Origin: Octopus sinensis | Lineage: Eukaryota | NCBI RefSeq assembly: GCF_006345805.1 | Contig: NC_043010.1 | Coordinates: 8,432,001 to 8,496,000 of the forward strand | Length of the DNA stretch: 64,000 nucleotides | Reading direction: 5' to 3' | Part shown: one piece after another, positions 12,820 through 26,959 of the stretch | How positions within the stretch are numbered: the stretch's first letter is position 1 | How the letters are laid out: each line of letters begins with the position of its first letter | Position numbers and translations under genes: made by a program | The notes under the pieces: generated by a model | Told to the model about the DNA's origin: nothing | The model's input: the letters and a program-made list of their open reading frames with translations, nothing else | The model's database searches: none

Positions 12820-14208
12820 ATCTATTTTTTTAAAAAAACAGTAGAAAGAGATTTGAAGCAGATTTGGTGCTACATCTAGCAGGCCATGTAACTGTACAGT
12901 GGGATTTTCATTGGTTCATAATGTATCTAGTATATAGGACAGGTATTGAAGAAAAAAAAAATCTTATTTTAGCTTCTAACAATGTCTGATAATGGAGCCA
13001 GTAGGAGTCTGGATAATCAACAGGCAACTCAATACTGAAGAATGGTGGAATAGATAAAAAAAATATTAAAAATCAATGACAGATCTGGAAGGAAAACAAA
13101 AAAAGAATCCAAGAAAAATCATAGCAAAAGCTCCACATCAAATCTTCCTATTAATAGACACACTGAGAAGCACATTGACAAGGGAGTCTCTATGCAGTTG
13201 CTTAAGAAATAGCAGCTAAAGTTTCCTCAAATACACTAAACCATATATTTTTTGAAAAATCACTGAGCAATATAGTTTCTGATATGCAAAATGATAGGAT
13301 GGTAATGTTGGAGAGACTTTGATTATAACTTAGCTTGGTCAGTGTTGAATGGGGCTGAACTATGGTGACAACATAGAAATAGCAACCAAATCTCCCTCAA
13401 ATACATGCTACCATCTTAAAAAGTAAACTATATTGTAGGATTCTATGTGATATTCGTACTTATAGGGTTTGTCACATCTCCTTATATAGTTGTAGAAAGG
13501 AAAAATAGCAGGAACATGAATCTCTGAACAAATAACAACAATAATTTATTTTCGCCAAAATAAGCATTTCATCTCTGGACATTGGTAGTGTGGATGCCTG
13601 GGGTTGAAAGCAGCAGAATCGGTTTAAATCACAACTGTTGAAAGCATTCTTCACAGCTCGCCAAATCTGGTTCGCCTTCACTCGGAGCTTTGTCTGGTCG
13701 CGCCTGAATCCGTCGACAGCAGGAAGCAAAGAGACAGAATAGCGGTAAAAGCTAGCTGCTGCTGATAACTGCACATGCGCATAAGGGACTTCCAGGAGGC
13801 CTACCAGAAGACACTAATCCTTGCACATGCACAGATGAACATCCCAAAATGGTGACTGAACCTGGCGTCACTACAATATTTAGCAATATGGTTTCTGATG
13901 TACAAAAAGTTGGGATTGCTTGCAGTACCATAGAATACTGTTGCCAAACAGGTTGAATGTCCAGTCAGCTGTGTTGAATCATCAGCATCTGAATTTCTAC
14001 ACCCATTCAACTCATTCTCCTCTGTTCCTTACAGATGGTTGATCTCCTATCCCTTCTGCTCAGGTACCCTCAACCTACTTCTCTTCTCTTATTTCCTATA
14101 TTGTGTTGATCCTGTTTCCACAGTATCCATTACATCATCATTGTCATCATCATCATCATCATCATCGTCGTCGTCATCACCACCACCATCATCACCACCA
14201 CCACCACC

Positions 14209-14240
<32 letters not shown>

Positions 14241-14880
14241 TTAACGTCCACTCTCCATGCTGGCATGATGGCTTAGACAGTTTGACTGGAGCTGATGAGC
14301 CGGAGAGTTGCACTAGGTTCCAGTCTGATTTGGCAAAGTTTCGACAGCCAGCTGGATGCCCTTCCTAATGCCAATCATTCCAAGAGTGTAATGGGTGCTT
14401 CTAAATGCCCTGGCATTTATATGACACCAGCAATGACCACAGCTATGATTCACGGGTGTGATTGACACGGCACCTGCAATGACCATGACCATGATGCATG
14501 GGTGTCATTTACAGGGCACTGGCTGTGACCACAACTATAATTCAATGGTGTGACTTACATGAATAAGAAAATATCTGTGAAAGTAATGTGTACAGTCTCT
14601 TTCACTGGACCAAACCAAATTACCTCCTGACACCTGACAAAGCAGATTTGTGAGTGAAGATATTCTATGAAAATCCTATCTTATTTTTTCTTGGGACAGT
14701 ATTTCTGGGACTATCTTATCCAATTTGTTCTTCCTTTGTGTCAAGATTTAAAATATGTTGTGAGAGAAATTAATCTACTATAGCTAACAGGTTATTTTCT
14801 AAGTTGGTATGTGTTTGATATGTCAATGGTAAATCATCATTCATCTTAATCAGAATGTTTTTGAAGAGAAATCTTTCCCA

Positions 14881-15364
14881 TAGGTGCAGGAGTGACTGTG
14901 TGGCAAGTAGCTTACTTACCAACCACACGGTTCCGGGTTCAGTCCCACTGCGTGGCACCTTGGGAAAGGGTCTTGTACCACGGCCTCGGGCCGACCAAAG
15001 CCTTGTGAGTGGATTTGGTAGATGGAAACTGAAAGAAGCCTGTTGTATATATATATGTGTGTTTGTGTGTTTGTGTGTCTGTGTTTGTCCCCCCAACATC
15101 GCTTGACAACCGATGCTGGTTTGTTTACATCCCCATTACTTAACAGTTCAGCAAAAGAGACTGATAGAATAAGTACTGGGCTTACAAAGAATAAGTCCTG
15201 GGGTCGATTTGCTCGACTAAAAGGCAGTGCTCCAGCATGGCAACAGTCAAATGACTGAAACAAGTAAAAGAGAGTAAAAGAGTAAATGGTATGAGATCAT
15301 TTGGTCTAAGTAACACTGAAAAAGGCATTAATGTATTATAACTACATCTTGCCAAACATGGGAA

Positions 15365-15396
<32 letters not shown>

Positions 15397-15785
15397 ATAC
15401 ATAGGTGCAGGGGTGGCTGTGTGGTAAGTAGCTTGCTTACCAACCACATGGTTCTGGGTTCAGTTCCACTGTGTGGCACCTTCGGCAAGTGTCTTCTACT
15501 ATAGCCTTGGGCCAACCAAAGCCTTGTGAGTGGATTTAGTAGACAGAAACTGAAAGAAGCCCATGTTTATGTTTGTATGTCTGTGTTTGTCCCCCTAACA
15601 TCGCTTGACAACCAATGCTGGTGTGTCTATGTCCCCATAACTTAGCGGTTCAGCAAGAGAGACTGATAGAATTAGTACTAGGCTTATATAAAAAATAAGT
15701 CCTGGGCTCAATTTGTTCAACTAAAGGTGGTGTGCCAGCATGGCCACAGTCAAATGACTGAAACAAATAAAAGAAAAAAAGAATA
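14881..15785 (+). mobile_element. Two tandem SINE family A copies (14881-15285, 15402-15785)
   Basis: Both have head, internal microsatellite region and tail. Confidence 0.88.
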
Positions 15786-16002
15786 AATATATGTATGTAT
15801 ATGTATGTGTATATATATATGTATGTATATATATATATACACACACACATATACATATATGTAGACATAGAGAAAGAGAATGAGGGAGAGAGAGGGATAC
15901 ATTGAGTAAGTCCACTGAAAGGGATTAGCTATAAGCATCTGTAAAATGGACAGTTTTGAAGAAACTGGAAATTAATAAGTTGAATATATCCCATATATCA
16001 TA

Positions 16003-16690
16003 TATCATTAGCTATATACCTCACGTTATTCAAAAGCCTTATGCCTATTTAGGAAAAAAGGCAACGTCATCACTGTTATTAGTAATTTCAAACTCTCTTG
16101 TGATAAGGGACAGTTTAATAAAAGAACCGTAAAATGGTTAAATTCTAAGGAAAGGAAAATTTGATGAAGAAGAAGTTGGAAATGAAATCTATTTGTAGCA
16201 AAAAAGAAATGGATATTTAATATCGATGAATGATGTATACTGGGGTCAAGAGAAGGTCCCATGAGCTTGTAGTATAAAGTAGATTTTGGACTAAGTAGTT
16301 TCATCAAATTTGGGAACAACACAAGCTTATGAAAGGAGATGACAGAGTATCATGATGCATGGACAATGGAAATCCACGCAACCTATGGCAGAATGGAAAA
16401 ATTGATTTTAAATTTATTGTCAAGGTCGTCATCATCGTCATCACTGTCATTGTCCCTACTGCTTCTGTCATCATCACTGTCATCCTCATTATCATCATCA
16501 TAGTCATCGTTGTCACTCTTATCACCTTCCCTCTTGGCATTATTATCATTAGCTATATACCTCCCGTTAATCAAAAACCTTATGCCTATTTAGGAAAAAA
16601 AGGCAACCTCATCGCCGTTATTAGTAATTTCAAACTCTCCTGTGATAAGGGACAGTTTAATAAAAGAACCATAAAATGGTAGAATTTTAA
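16003..16690. repeat. ~145 bp direct repeats (16003-16148, 16544-16690) around a ~400 bp spacer
   Basis: TATCATTAGCTATATACCTC...CCTTATGCCTATTTAGGAAAAAAGGCAAC...GATAAGGGACAGTTTAATAAAAGAACC appears twice with scattered substitutions. Confidence 0.85.
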
Positions 16691-17054
16691 AAATTTCCTT
16701 ATCCTTTTATGTCATAATGAACCAGTTAAAATATTCTATAGGAAAACATTACAATTTATGAAAGTCATAACCTGAAGCCAAAATAATTAAATACCGGAAG
16801 AAGATAAAAAAAAAAAGAAAGCAATAAGAGCAGCCATTTAGTTAATCTTCTGGAAGGAGGTTAATTATGTTCTATCTGTCTAAAAACTACTAGCTTGTAA
16901 ATTTAACTGACTTAAATTCAATAAGATTTGACAATGAACTGAGGTTTACTTCTTTTGAATTGTTTAAATATTTTCTGTGATTAGTATTAAATACAAAGAA
17001 AACTAAGTTTATTATTTTGGGAGTTGTTCTTTAAAGAGGTATGCATTTTCATTA

Positions 17055-17250
17055 TCATCATCATCATCATCATCATCATCGTTTAACGTCCGTTCTACAT
17101 GCTAGCATGGGTTGGACGGTTCGACCAGGGATCTGGGTAGCCAGAAGGCTGCACCAGGCTCCAGTCTTATCTGGCAATGTTTCTACAGCTGGATGCCCTT
17201 CCTAACGCCAACCACTCCGTGAGTGTAGTGGGTGCTTTTTACGTGTCACG
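17055..17250 (-). mobile_element. SINE family E, (GAT)n tail (other copies ~14225-14560, 23310-23695, 28950-29330, 42620-42990, 47566-47680, 53955-54200, 62380-62520)
   Basis: GGCGTTAGGAAGGGCATCCAGCTGTAGAAAC box and ACGTTAAACGATGATGAT end. Confidence 0.8.
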
Positions 17251-18328
17251 TATATCATTATATATTAGTATATATTGTTAAATATCAGTTTTAATTGAAT
17301 CGTTTTCTGCTATTCTTTTACATATCAATTCTAGCATTATCTAATTTATATTCTTATAGGTTAACCTTAGATTTTTGTAATTATATTTTGGTCAGAATGG
17401 AAAGTATTGTCCATGAAACATTGGAGAGTCTCTGAGATGGGTAAGAGGGAGAGCAAAACTTATTCTTTAACCAAAGACCTGGCTAGAATAATTGCGAAGA
17501 ACTGGACTTGGCTAAAGAGATCCAGAGTTCTAGGTGGTGGTGTTAAACTGGGTATGAAGTAAGTCTACCACTGGAGGAGGCCATGGTAGGATTTGAATGC
17601 AGAACACAAAGACCTGAGAGGTAACCAGTCTGACATTCATACTGCATTACCAACCCAACCCAACCCAACACTCTGGATTGATACTTTTTTTAATCAACCT
17701 AGAAATGAATTAAAACAGTTGACTTAGTGGGATTTGAACTCAGAGCATCAAGAATCGTAAGAGATACTGTAATGCGTTCAATCCAATACCCTAATGACTC
17801 AGCTAATTCATAGACTGAACAGCGAGTATTCAGTTTGTTCATTTAGCGTCCATTTTTCCATGCTAGTGTGTTCATATTTTTAGATAAAATGAAATATGTT
17901 AATATGAAGCAGAATGGATAAAAAGAGAGGTGGGTATAGAGAGAAAAAGATAGAGAGGAGGAGTAAGAGAGAGAGAGTGAGGAAATGAGGATGAGGGAAA
18001 GACATAACAAAAGTATGAAAATTCAATGATGTGTAGTATTATTTTCCTACATCAATTTTCCTTGTTATCACATTCTACATTGAGAAATCATTGGCTGTAA
18101 AGATGCCTCCTCGGTATATCGGCTATTGTGACCTTAGGCCAGTAAAACTAAGAGTGGTTAAAATTTTTAAAAGCTTGCTGACAATTAGGAAGAACATTAA
18201 ACACTTTTAGTAGTTTTCTGAGCAACAAGAAATATTTATGGCCCATTACTGAAATTCTAATGGCTACAACCAGGAAATATTTCTAAAAGAGGGTTAATGG
18301 CACTAGAGAAAATGGGTTTGTTACAATT

Positions 18329-18360
<32 letters not shown>

Positions 18361-19103
18361 TGTGTGTGAACTTTATTATCTCTATTTTTCAAATGCAGCT
18401 TGAAATAATATTTTTTTCTAATGTTTCCCTAAATAAAAGAATATTATTTTATTTCTGTTGCAAAATAATTTTCTTAAGGATTATATTTTAGCCTTAAATG
18501 AAAAAAAAAAAAAAAAAAAAAAAAAAATTCAAGACAAGAGAACGATATTCTACAGAATAAGTATTGCCCTTCAGAATCTTTTAAAATCAAGATTATTATT
18601 TTTTTAATATTTGCAACAAACTCCAAAATAAGATCAAATTTTTTTTTCTGTTCTTTCTTTTATTTCTAACAGATAAACTTAAGATATTTCTCTGATATCA
18701 ATATTTACTGTAATATTTAATAACCTCCAATTCTGCACGGCTGCAAACCAACTGTTTACTACACTGATGTACCATATTAAACCTTGCCATTATTAACTCT
18801 ACTCTTCCTGTGATGTTGTTTTTCTCCCTGTATCACACAGCACTCATTTTCTGTAGCACTAGCGACACTTCTGTTTATTCAGTTAGCGTGACAATATTTA
18901 GTGAATGGATACCTTCTAAGGTATACCATGCTAATATTAGATATATCTCATGTTAAATATATTACACAGCCAGCACTAGATGCAAACATATATACATACA
19001 TGCTCACATATATAGACACAGACACAGACAAACATGCATGCATGCACATGTACACACACACATATACATACGCATATATAAATATATATATATATATATG
19101 GAG

Positions 19104-19134
<31 letters not shown>

Positions 19135-19290
19135 TACACACACATATATATAAAATATGTATATATAATATTTATATGTATATATATAATATTATAAATA
19201 TATATGTATATAAATGTATGTATATATATATAAGAATATTTATGTGTGTATATATAAATATATATATATATATATGTACGTATGTATATG

Positions 19291-19340
<50 letters not shown>

Positions 19341-19859
19341 TTAACACTTGCAAACACGCGTACACAAACAGGTAAAAATCTTCCAATTTTAGTATCAAAA
19401 CTAGATTTGAACTTATTTTATTGATTCCTGACAAGAAACCTGTCTTTATTGCATATAGCTATTGCCCTGAAGGTCCAGAGATCTCACAAATCACTAAAAG
19501 TTAGGAATATTAAATCTAATTGTAACACATACAAATATAGCTTGGTATGAGAAAATTTATCTCTGCTCTGTTCAAGCTTCTTGAGTAATTTACAGTCTCT
19601 ATGGGGATAAAATGTAATGTGTTGACTCCTGAACTGAGACTGCTTACAAGTGGTAACATAAAATAAAATTTCATTCTCTCTGGTGAAGCTGCATATAGAA
19701 TATAATCAAAAATATTTGGCCCAATACATGGTGTTAATGAGAAAGACTTAGAAGAAATTCAAATTAGTGTGATACAAGGAAAGGTTCTAATATATTTACT
19801 GATGAAAGAACAAGAAGAATAAATGAATTTCTGTATTTCTGATCCTGTGTTTTGGATTC

Positions 19860-20066
19860 ACGCCGGGCGAAATGCTTAGCGGTATTTCGTCTGCCGCTAC
19901 GTTCTGAGTTCAAATTCTGCCGAGGTCGATTTTGCCTTTCATCCTTTTGGGGTCGATTAAATAAGTACCAGTTACACACTGGGGTCGATATAATCAACTT
20001 AATCTGTTTGTCTGTCCTTGTATGTCCTCTCTGTGTTTAGTACCTTGTGGGTAGTAAAGAAATAGG
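19860..20066 (+). mobile_element. SINE family B, 5' truncated
   Basis: Core and CCTTGTGGGTAGTAAAGAAAT tail. Confidence 0.85.
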
Positions 20067-20220
20067 ATTGTTTAGTCATCTGAATTGACTGACTATAGTC
20101 ACGTTGCAGTTGTATGTAACTAGCTGAGTATTCCACGGATATATCTACACAATGTAACTTTCTGGTAGTATCAGCATGACACATTATGACAAGGCTGTAC
20201 CTTATACATTCAAAAGAGCT

Positions 20221-20872
20221 TTAACCTTATAGCATTCAGATTATTCTGTCTAATGTAAATACTTGCGTATTCACATTGTTTTGAGTTTATCATGAACTAT
20301 CTTATAGTTTCAATATTTTGATAATATCGTTGTTTATCTTTAGCAGGACATTGTAGGGTATGTGTGAAAGGCCATCATCATCATTTTTCGACCGTGGTCG
20401 AGACAATGGAATTTACCATGCTATGTCAGACTTCACGGTCCATCATAGCATTACAGAGGTCCTGTTGCTGGATACCTGTATCCCTGGAGATTACATCAGG
20501 GTAGGAGAGTGTGCGCCCTCTGGCATTGCGAGTAGATGGCTTCCAGAGGAGAAGAGTAGAAATTGCCTCGTTCTCAGCTCTACAACAATGTCCAGCAAAC
20601 TGGACTCTTCTACCTTTCACAAGAGATGACACAGGTGGTAGTTTCCCATATATTTGCATTTTGGTTGGATGACGCTTCCATGAGAGATTTTGAGCTATCA
20701 TAAGGAGGCGAGTGTAGGTTCCATCCAACCGCCTCTCAAGCTTCTTTGATAATGTCCAGGTTTCTGAGCCATATAGTAGAATTGGTTCGAAAGGCCAGAT
20801 CTAGATATTTTTAGAGTAAAGCAGTTAGAATATTTTGGCTGGATATGGCCAGTCTAAATGCTAAATGGTTAA
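20221..20872. mobile_element. TTAA-flanked MITE (second family) interrupted by the RTE fragment
   Basis: TTAACCTTATAGCATT ... AATGCTAAATGGTTAA. Homologous to the uninterrupted copies at 49793-50020 and ~50217-50439. Confidence 0.7.
20375..20788 (-). mobile_element. RTE-group LINE 3' fragment
   Basis: ILLYGSETWTLSKKLERRLDGTYTRLL...RRVQFAGHCCR...AMMDREV, then a (TGA)n tail. 9-bp TSD GAAAGGCCA at 20366-20374 and 20789-20797. Confidence 0.9.
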
Positions 20873-23267
20873 GATACCCCTAAGGCTTCCTTTGTATCTG
20901 TAAACTTGCTGCATTTGCTAGCCTTGTGCCAAAATTTGAGAAGCACTTTTGTCAAAATCCTAACTACACCCATGTTATATTTCCTTTGAAACATACAACC
21001 GATCATTAGAGTTGTATATTATTATGAGATGTATTAGCCATTAATTATTTGATTTGTAATATAGTTAATGAAGTTGTTTTAATAGAAATATTTGAGAGAC
21101 ACAAAGTTTAAGTTTGATTCTCATAAATCAGCATTTTTTAAATTTACTTTTCAAAATTCTTCCAAAATATTTCTTTCACCTTACAGAAAAAAAAAAAGAT
21201 AAACTTCTGCACAAAAGATAGAAAAAGGACAGACTGACATCTTGGAGTACTTCACATCAGAAAAGATAAAGAAAAAATATTCAGGTATTACAAAAAAAAT
21301 TGAGTTAAACTTTACACACAGTATATGTAACATTCATAGGAACATAAAAAAAACGTAAGAATTCCAAGTTGAAATAAAAACAATATGCAGAATATGGGGA
21401 TATAGCTTGAAGTACAAAAAGTTTTTCATTAGATATTCAAGAACTGATCAAAGAGAAAATATCTTCTACTATATATTTTTTTTCCAAAAATGGCTCATGT
21501 TGGTTTCTGAAGTATTTTTTCTTGAAGCATTGTTAGATTATATGACAGATATTTTAATGGAAAAAAAAATGTTTAAAAATATAAAAGAAGCTTTTTTTGT
21601 TTTTGTTAAAAGGAAGGGTTTTATGTTTCTATTCTAAAATAGTAAGAACTGAGTATCCCATTTTCTAAACTATAATTTAGAAGCAAAACTCTTCTAGTAT
21701 TAAGGATTTCGTTCTAAGATAAATATTAGAACATGAGTCATTTTAATTCTTTAAGAACACACAAAACTGTTTTATATATCCACTGTTCATTTAGTTCTTA
21801 GTTTATTAAAAACATAATCACACTTCTGGGACCTAGTCATTGGTACAATTTTCCTGCTTCTGAATTTACTTCTAGGTTATTCTATCAAACACTTTTAGTC
21901 AAACAAACCAACACTGATAGTAAAACAACCAGTGACAAATATAAAAGCATGCATGGAGAAATGCACACAAACAAACACACATATAAACACACAATACACT
22001 TGCACACACATACACAATGGGCTTCACACAGTTTCCATCTACTTTATTATTCATTTGCAAGACATTGGTCAATTAACTTGGGGTTACACTAAAAAATACT
22101 TGCTCAAGGTGCTGCACAATGAGTCACTGAATCCAGAGCCATGTGGTTGCAAGGCAACTTTTAAACATAAAGCTTTGTCTGCTCCTTGTGTAAAACATTT
22201 TATTTCTGATGACACAACAGCAAATGCCTTTAGATTTGTACATTTAAAATGATATATTACTTACTCTCCCTCACTCGAACACTGAGAGAAGTATTCTTAC
22301 TATTGTGGTTACAACAGATAACAGTCGCTGCTCATCAATAGTTAGTGTTTGTTAATGGGTGTATGTGTGGATACGGTAAAGGATCAGTATGGTAAATGAT
22401 TGACAACAAATGTTCTAATGATGTGGAAATAATTGAAAAAGTAGAACAATGCAGGCAAAGCTTTACAGGGGAAAATTAAGGAAGAAATAGGTGACAAGAT
22501 ATTGAATGGAAAAGAATGAAATGTGAATGGAGAAATGTTACAAAAAAAGTGTTAAATGAAGAAAAGATGTTTTGATCTAACTGTTGACAATGAAAGCTGA
22601 ACATCCCACATGATGAAAGCAAGAACTCACTTGACAACAATTAGGAAATGAAATAAAAAACAAAAGTGATTTCTATTATTACAGGGAAGGGTAAGAAATG
22701 ATTGAGTCTGGTTGTAAGGAGAAAATGATTAGCGTTAGCAGTAACGACAATTCAAAATGGAGTTAAATTGCATTTTTTTTTTTTTATTGTAATACCGTGT
22801 TTGTATCAGACTAGTTTTTTTTCCTCCCCAACCCAATTTATTTCGGCGTATTTCATGATAGAAGCATTCAGGAAAACGATATAATTAGAAGGAAAACATT
22901 CTACTTAAACAGGAAAAAAAACAAAAAAAAAAAAAGTTAATAGAAGTACTAATAGGGAGAAGGAAAGCAATAAAACAAAACAGAAATATAAATATTTGAT
23001 GGAATTGAATGAGTTGAAAATTGGAATTGATAAAGTTGAAAATGAAGCAAGAGAGAAATAAAGAAAATTGGAATGGAGGAGAAGTTCTTATTTAAATGCT
23101 AAGGATGGATGGAAAGATGTTGAGTAACATAATCTAAGAATGGCATAAAGAATGGAAATATGATACTACAGAGAGAACACTTATGGTATCATCATCATTA
23201 TCATTTAGCATATATACATACATATATACACATACATACATACATATATAATATATATATATATATG

Positions 23268-23313
<46 letters not shown>

Positions 23314-23421
23314 CATAAAAAGTACCAACTGATCGTGGCCATTACCAGCCTCCTCTGGCACCTGTACTGGTGGCATATAAGAGCACCCACTACACTCACG
23401 GAGTGGTTGGTGTTAGGAAGG

Positions 23422-23578
23422 CAATACCAGAGGGTGCACACTCTCCTACCCTGATGTAATCTCCAGGGATACAGGCATCCAGCAACAGGACCTCCGTAAT
23501 GCCATGATGGACCGTGAAGTCTGGCGTAGCATGGTAAATTCCATTGTCTTGACCACGGTCGAACAATGATGATGATGA
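23422..23578 (+). mobile_element. Second, shorter copy of the same RTE-group LINE 3' end, inserted in a SINE
   Basis: Closely matches the reverse complement of 20375-20530, with a (GAT)n tail. TSD TGTTAGGAAGG at 23411-23421 and 23579-23589. Confidence 0.85.
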
Positions 23579-23689
23579 TGTTAGGAAGGGCATCCAGCTG
23601 TAGAAACACTGCCAGATAAGACTGGACCCTGGTCGAACTGTCCAACCCATGCTAACATGAAAAACGGACGTTAAACGATGATGATGATG

Positions 23690-23733
<44 letters not shown>

Positions 23734-24154
23734 TGTTTGTATATATATACATGCATATATCAATATGAGTATGTATGTGTGTATATTTATATATATATAT
23801 ATATGAATAATGGCAGTGCCCCAGTATGGCCACAGCCTCAAGGCTGAAACATATAAAAGAATATGTTCAAAGTATTGATAATGGCCACTTGAATGTGGCT
23901 GTCCTCTAAGAGACGATGATACTCCTATTTAACTTATTGTACTTGATATTTATTGCAAGCTGTGGATAATTCCTGCTATTCCTAGCTCCAAGACCACCAG
24001 ACCATGTAGATTCGATCTGTATTGGATCCCTTTGGTGGTGGGTTCTTGCTTGCTAGGCATGGCAGCAGTTTAACCTCAGTTGCAATATATAGAAAACACA
24101 GGGTCATACAATCACTGATTTTGTAACTAGGAAACTAGTCGGTTAGAAAATCTC

Positions 24155-24206
<52 letters not shown>

Positions 24207-24249
24207 TATATATATATATTATATATATATATATACAATATATATATGG

Positions 24250-24280
<31 letters not shown>

Positions 24281-24314
24281 AATATGGCATGCATATATAT
24301 ATGTATGTATAATA

Positions 24315-24528
24315 CAAGGAGTACTAAAAAGTTCCTGGTTTTAAGGGAATTGTGAAAGGCCCGGTTGGAAGCCCAACCTTCTGAGTTCTTTTACAAGGCT
24401 TAGAAAAACTGAAGGACTGCTGCAATAAGTGTGAATTTGAGAGGGGAATATGGAGAATAAAATCATAATAAACTGATCCTCATGTATTTTTTGTTAACCA
24501 AAGCCAGGAATTTTTCAGCACCCCATCA
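24315..24528 (+). mobile_element. Mariner-derived MITE
   Basis: TIR-like ends (..AAAAGTTCCTGGTTTT / AAAGCCAGGAATTTTTCAGCACCCC) with TA flanks. The interior retains a mariner C-terminus-like GLEKLKDCCNK..RGEYGE*. A related copy lies at 63098-63316. Confidence 0.7.
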
Positions 24529-24620
24529 TATATGAGTATATATGTATATGTGTGAGCACACGCATTCACGTGCACGTGTGTGTGTGTGTGTCTGCTTGTG
24601 TGTCTATGTGTGTATATATA

Positions 24621-25012
24621 CTCTCTCTTTTACTCTTTTACTTGTTTCAGTCATTTGACTGCGGCCATGCTGGAGCACCGCCTTTAGTCGGGACTTATTC
24701 TTTTGTAAGCCCAGTACTTATTCTATCGGTGTGTTTTGCCAAACCGCTAAGTAACGGGGACATAAACACACCACCATCGGTTGTCAAGCAATGTTAGGGG
24801 ACAAACACAGACACACAAACACACACACGCATACATATATATACGTATATACGACGGGCTTCTTTCAGTTTCCGTCTACCAAATCCACTCACAAGGCTTT
24901 GGTCGGCCCGAGGCTATAGTAGAAGACACTTGCCCAAGGTGCCACGCAGTGGGACTGAACCCGGAACCATGTGGTTGGCAGACAAGCTACTTACCACACA
25001 GCCACTCCTGCG

Positions 25013-25015
<3 letters not shown>
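24621..25015 (-). mobile_element. SINE family A
   Basis: Full-length copy with a small internal deletion. Confidence 0.9.
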
Positions 25016-25078
<63 letters not shown>

Positions 25079-25132
25079 ATATATGATATAATATATATAT
25101 ATATATATGATAGAATATATATATCTATATAG

Positions 25133-25167
<35 letters not shown>

Positions 25168-26020
25168 GTATGTATACAGGCATAGAAGGCATAGAAAACT
25201 TCATCTGGCATTTATGCTCGTATACATTATATAAAGCATGTTTTGGGTGCTCATTTATTTCTTCACATGAGTGTATCCAGAGTTATGATAAATGTTGTCA
25301 AACATCATTGAGCATAGAAATGGAATGAGGAACATTCCTACAGAGCCCAAACATTTGGCAACATATCATGCTTTTTGGTCCACCGTGTAAGGTATATGGT
25401 ATATATGTATGTGTATGCATTCATGTGCACATTAGTATATCTTGATGCCATACACTTCACCAGGCACTTTTGTCTCAGTGTCTCAATGATAATTTAACTC
25501 CTATTCACATGTTTTGTTGCAACTGTTTTATTCAAATAAAAATAGGTTATTTGAATTGCCATTAATGTATGTCATATATTAGAAAATTATCTCAAAAGAA
25601 ATTATTGATATTTCAAATGCATTTAATATGTTTGTTTCAATTGGTTACATAACAACTTTCTATTTCAGTGCAACTACTATTATCAGTTCATTACAAATAA
25701 AACATGCTAATGGAAAAAAGTTTGCTTCAATATATTGTAGTAGGCAGGAAAAATTCACATATAACCAGAGTAAGATACATAGTAAAAAAGAAAGAAAGAA
25801 AGAAAGAAAGAAAAAGATAAGAGGCATGAGTTTATAAAGAAGAACAAAATATACCCAACATAGATTTAGAAAACAAGAGTAACTAATGTAAGATGGAGAT
25901 TTATTTTCTCTTACTATTGAGAGATTTTGTGAATTTCTATCTTATAGCTGATTACATGTCATGTGCATAAAAAATATATATATGTACGTGTAGTGTATAT
26001 ATATAATATATATATATATA

Positions 26021-26077
<57 letters not shown>

Positions 26078-26123
26078 GTATATATGTATATATATGTATA
26101 TATATATATATATTATCTATATA

Positions 26124-26194
<71 letters not shown>

Positions 26195-26610
26195 TGTATG
26201 TAGTATGTATGTATGTATGTATGTATGTATGTATATGTATATATATATATATTTATATGCATACATATACATGCAGAGAAGGGGGAGAGGGAGCGAAAGA
26301 GAGAGATAGATATATATATCATTCTCATTCTCTTCTTCATCCTTTTAACGTCCCCTATTCCATGCCTACATGGGTTCAACAGAACTTATGTGGGAAGATT
26401 TTCCACAGCCAGATTCTCATCACGTTGCTGGCCTACACATGCTTCAACGCAATATGATATTACTACATTGCCGGATGTACCTTTTTTTTTACGTTTTTAA
26501 TGAATGACATCGCTTGTATGACAGTGACACTCATTTACAGTCTTTATGCAATATAAAGAGGAGACACAAACATATACACACTCACATACATAAGTCCCAT
26601 ATATGTATAT

Positions 26611-26840
26611 AGGCGGCGAGCTGGCAGAATCGTTAGCACGCCGGGCGAAATGCGTAGCCGTATTTCGTCTGTCGTTACGTTCCAAGTTCAAATTCCGCCA
26701 AGGTCGACTTTGCCTTTCATCCTTTCGGGGTCGATAAATTAAGTAGCAGTTACGCACTGGAGTCGATGGAATCGACTTAATCCGTTTGTCTGTCCTTGTT
26801 TGTCCCCTCTGTGTTTAGCCCCTTGTGGGTAGTAAAGAAA
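26611..26840 (+). mobile_element. SINE family B
   Basis: AGGCGGCGAGCTGGCAGAATCG...GTAGTAAAGAAAT. Confidence 0.9.
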
Positions 26841-26959
26841 TATATATGTATATATACATATATGGTGGACCCCCACCCTCTTCAAAGACGATGTATGAGC
26901 ATTCAGCTTTTGTGAAACGACCTGCACAAATGATTTGTTTATAGTGATTAAATTTATGT

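Noticed and set aside
22264-22413. Minus-strand segment with a good acceptor and GTAAGT donor
   Set aside because: Stops in all three frames and no usable ATG; at most a non-coding exon, unsupported.
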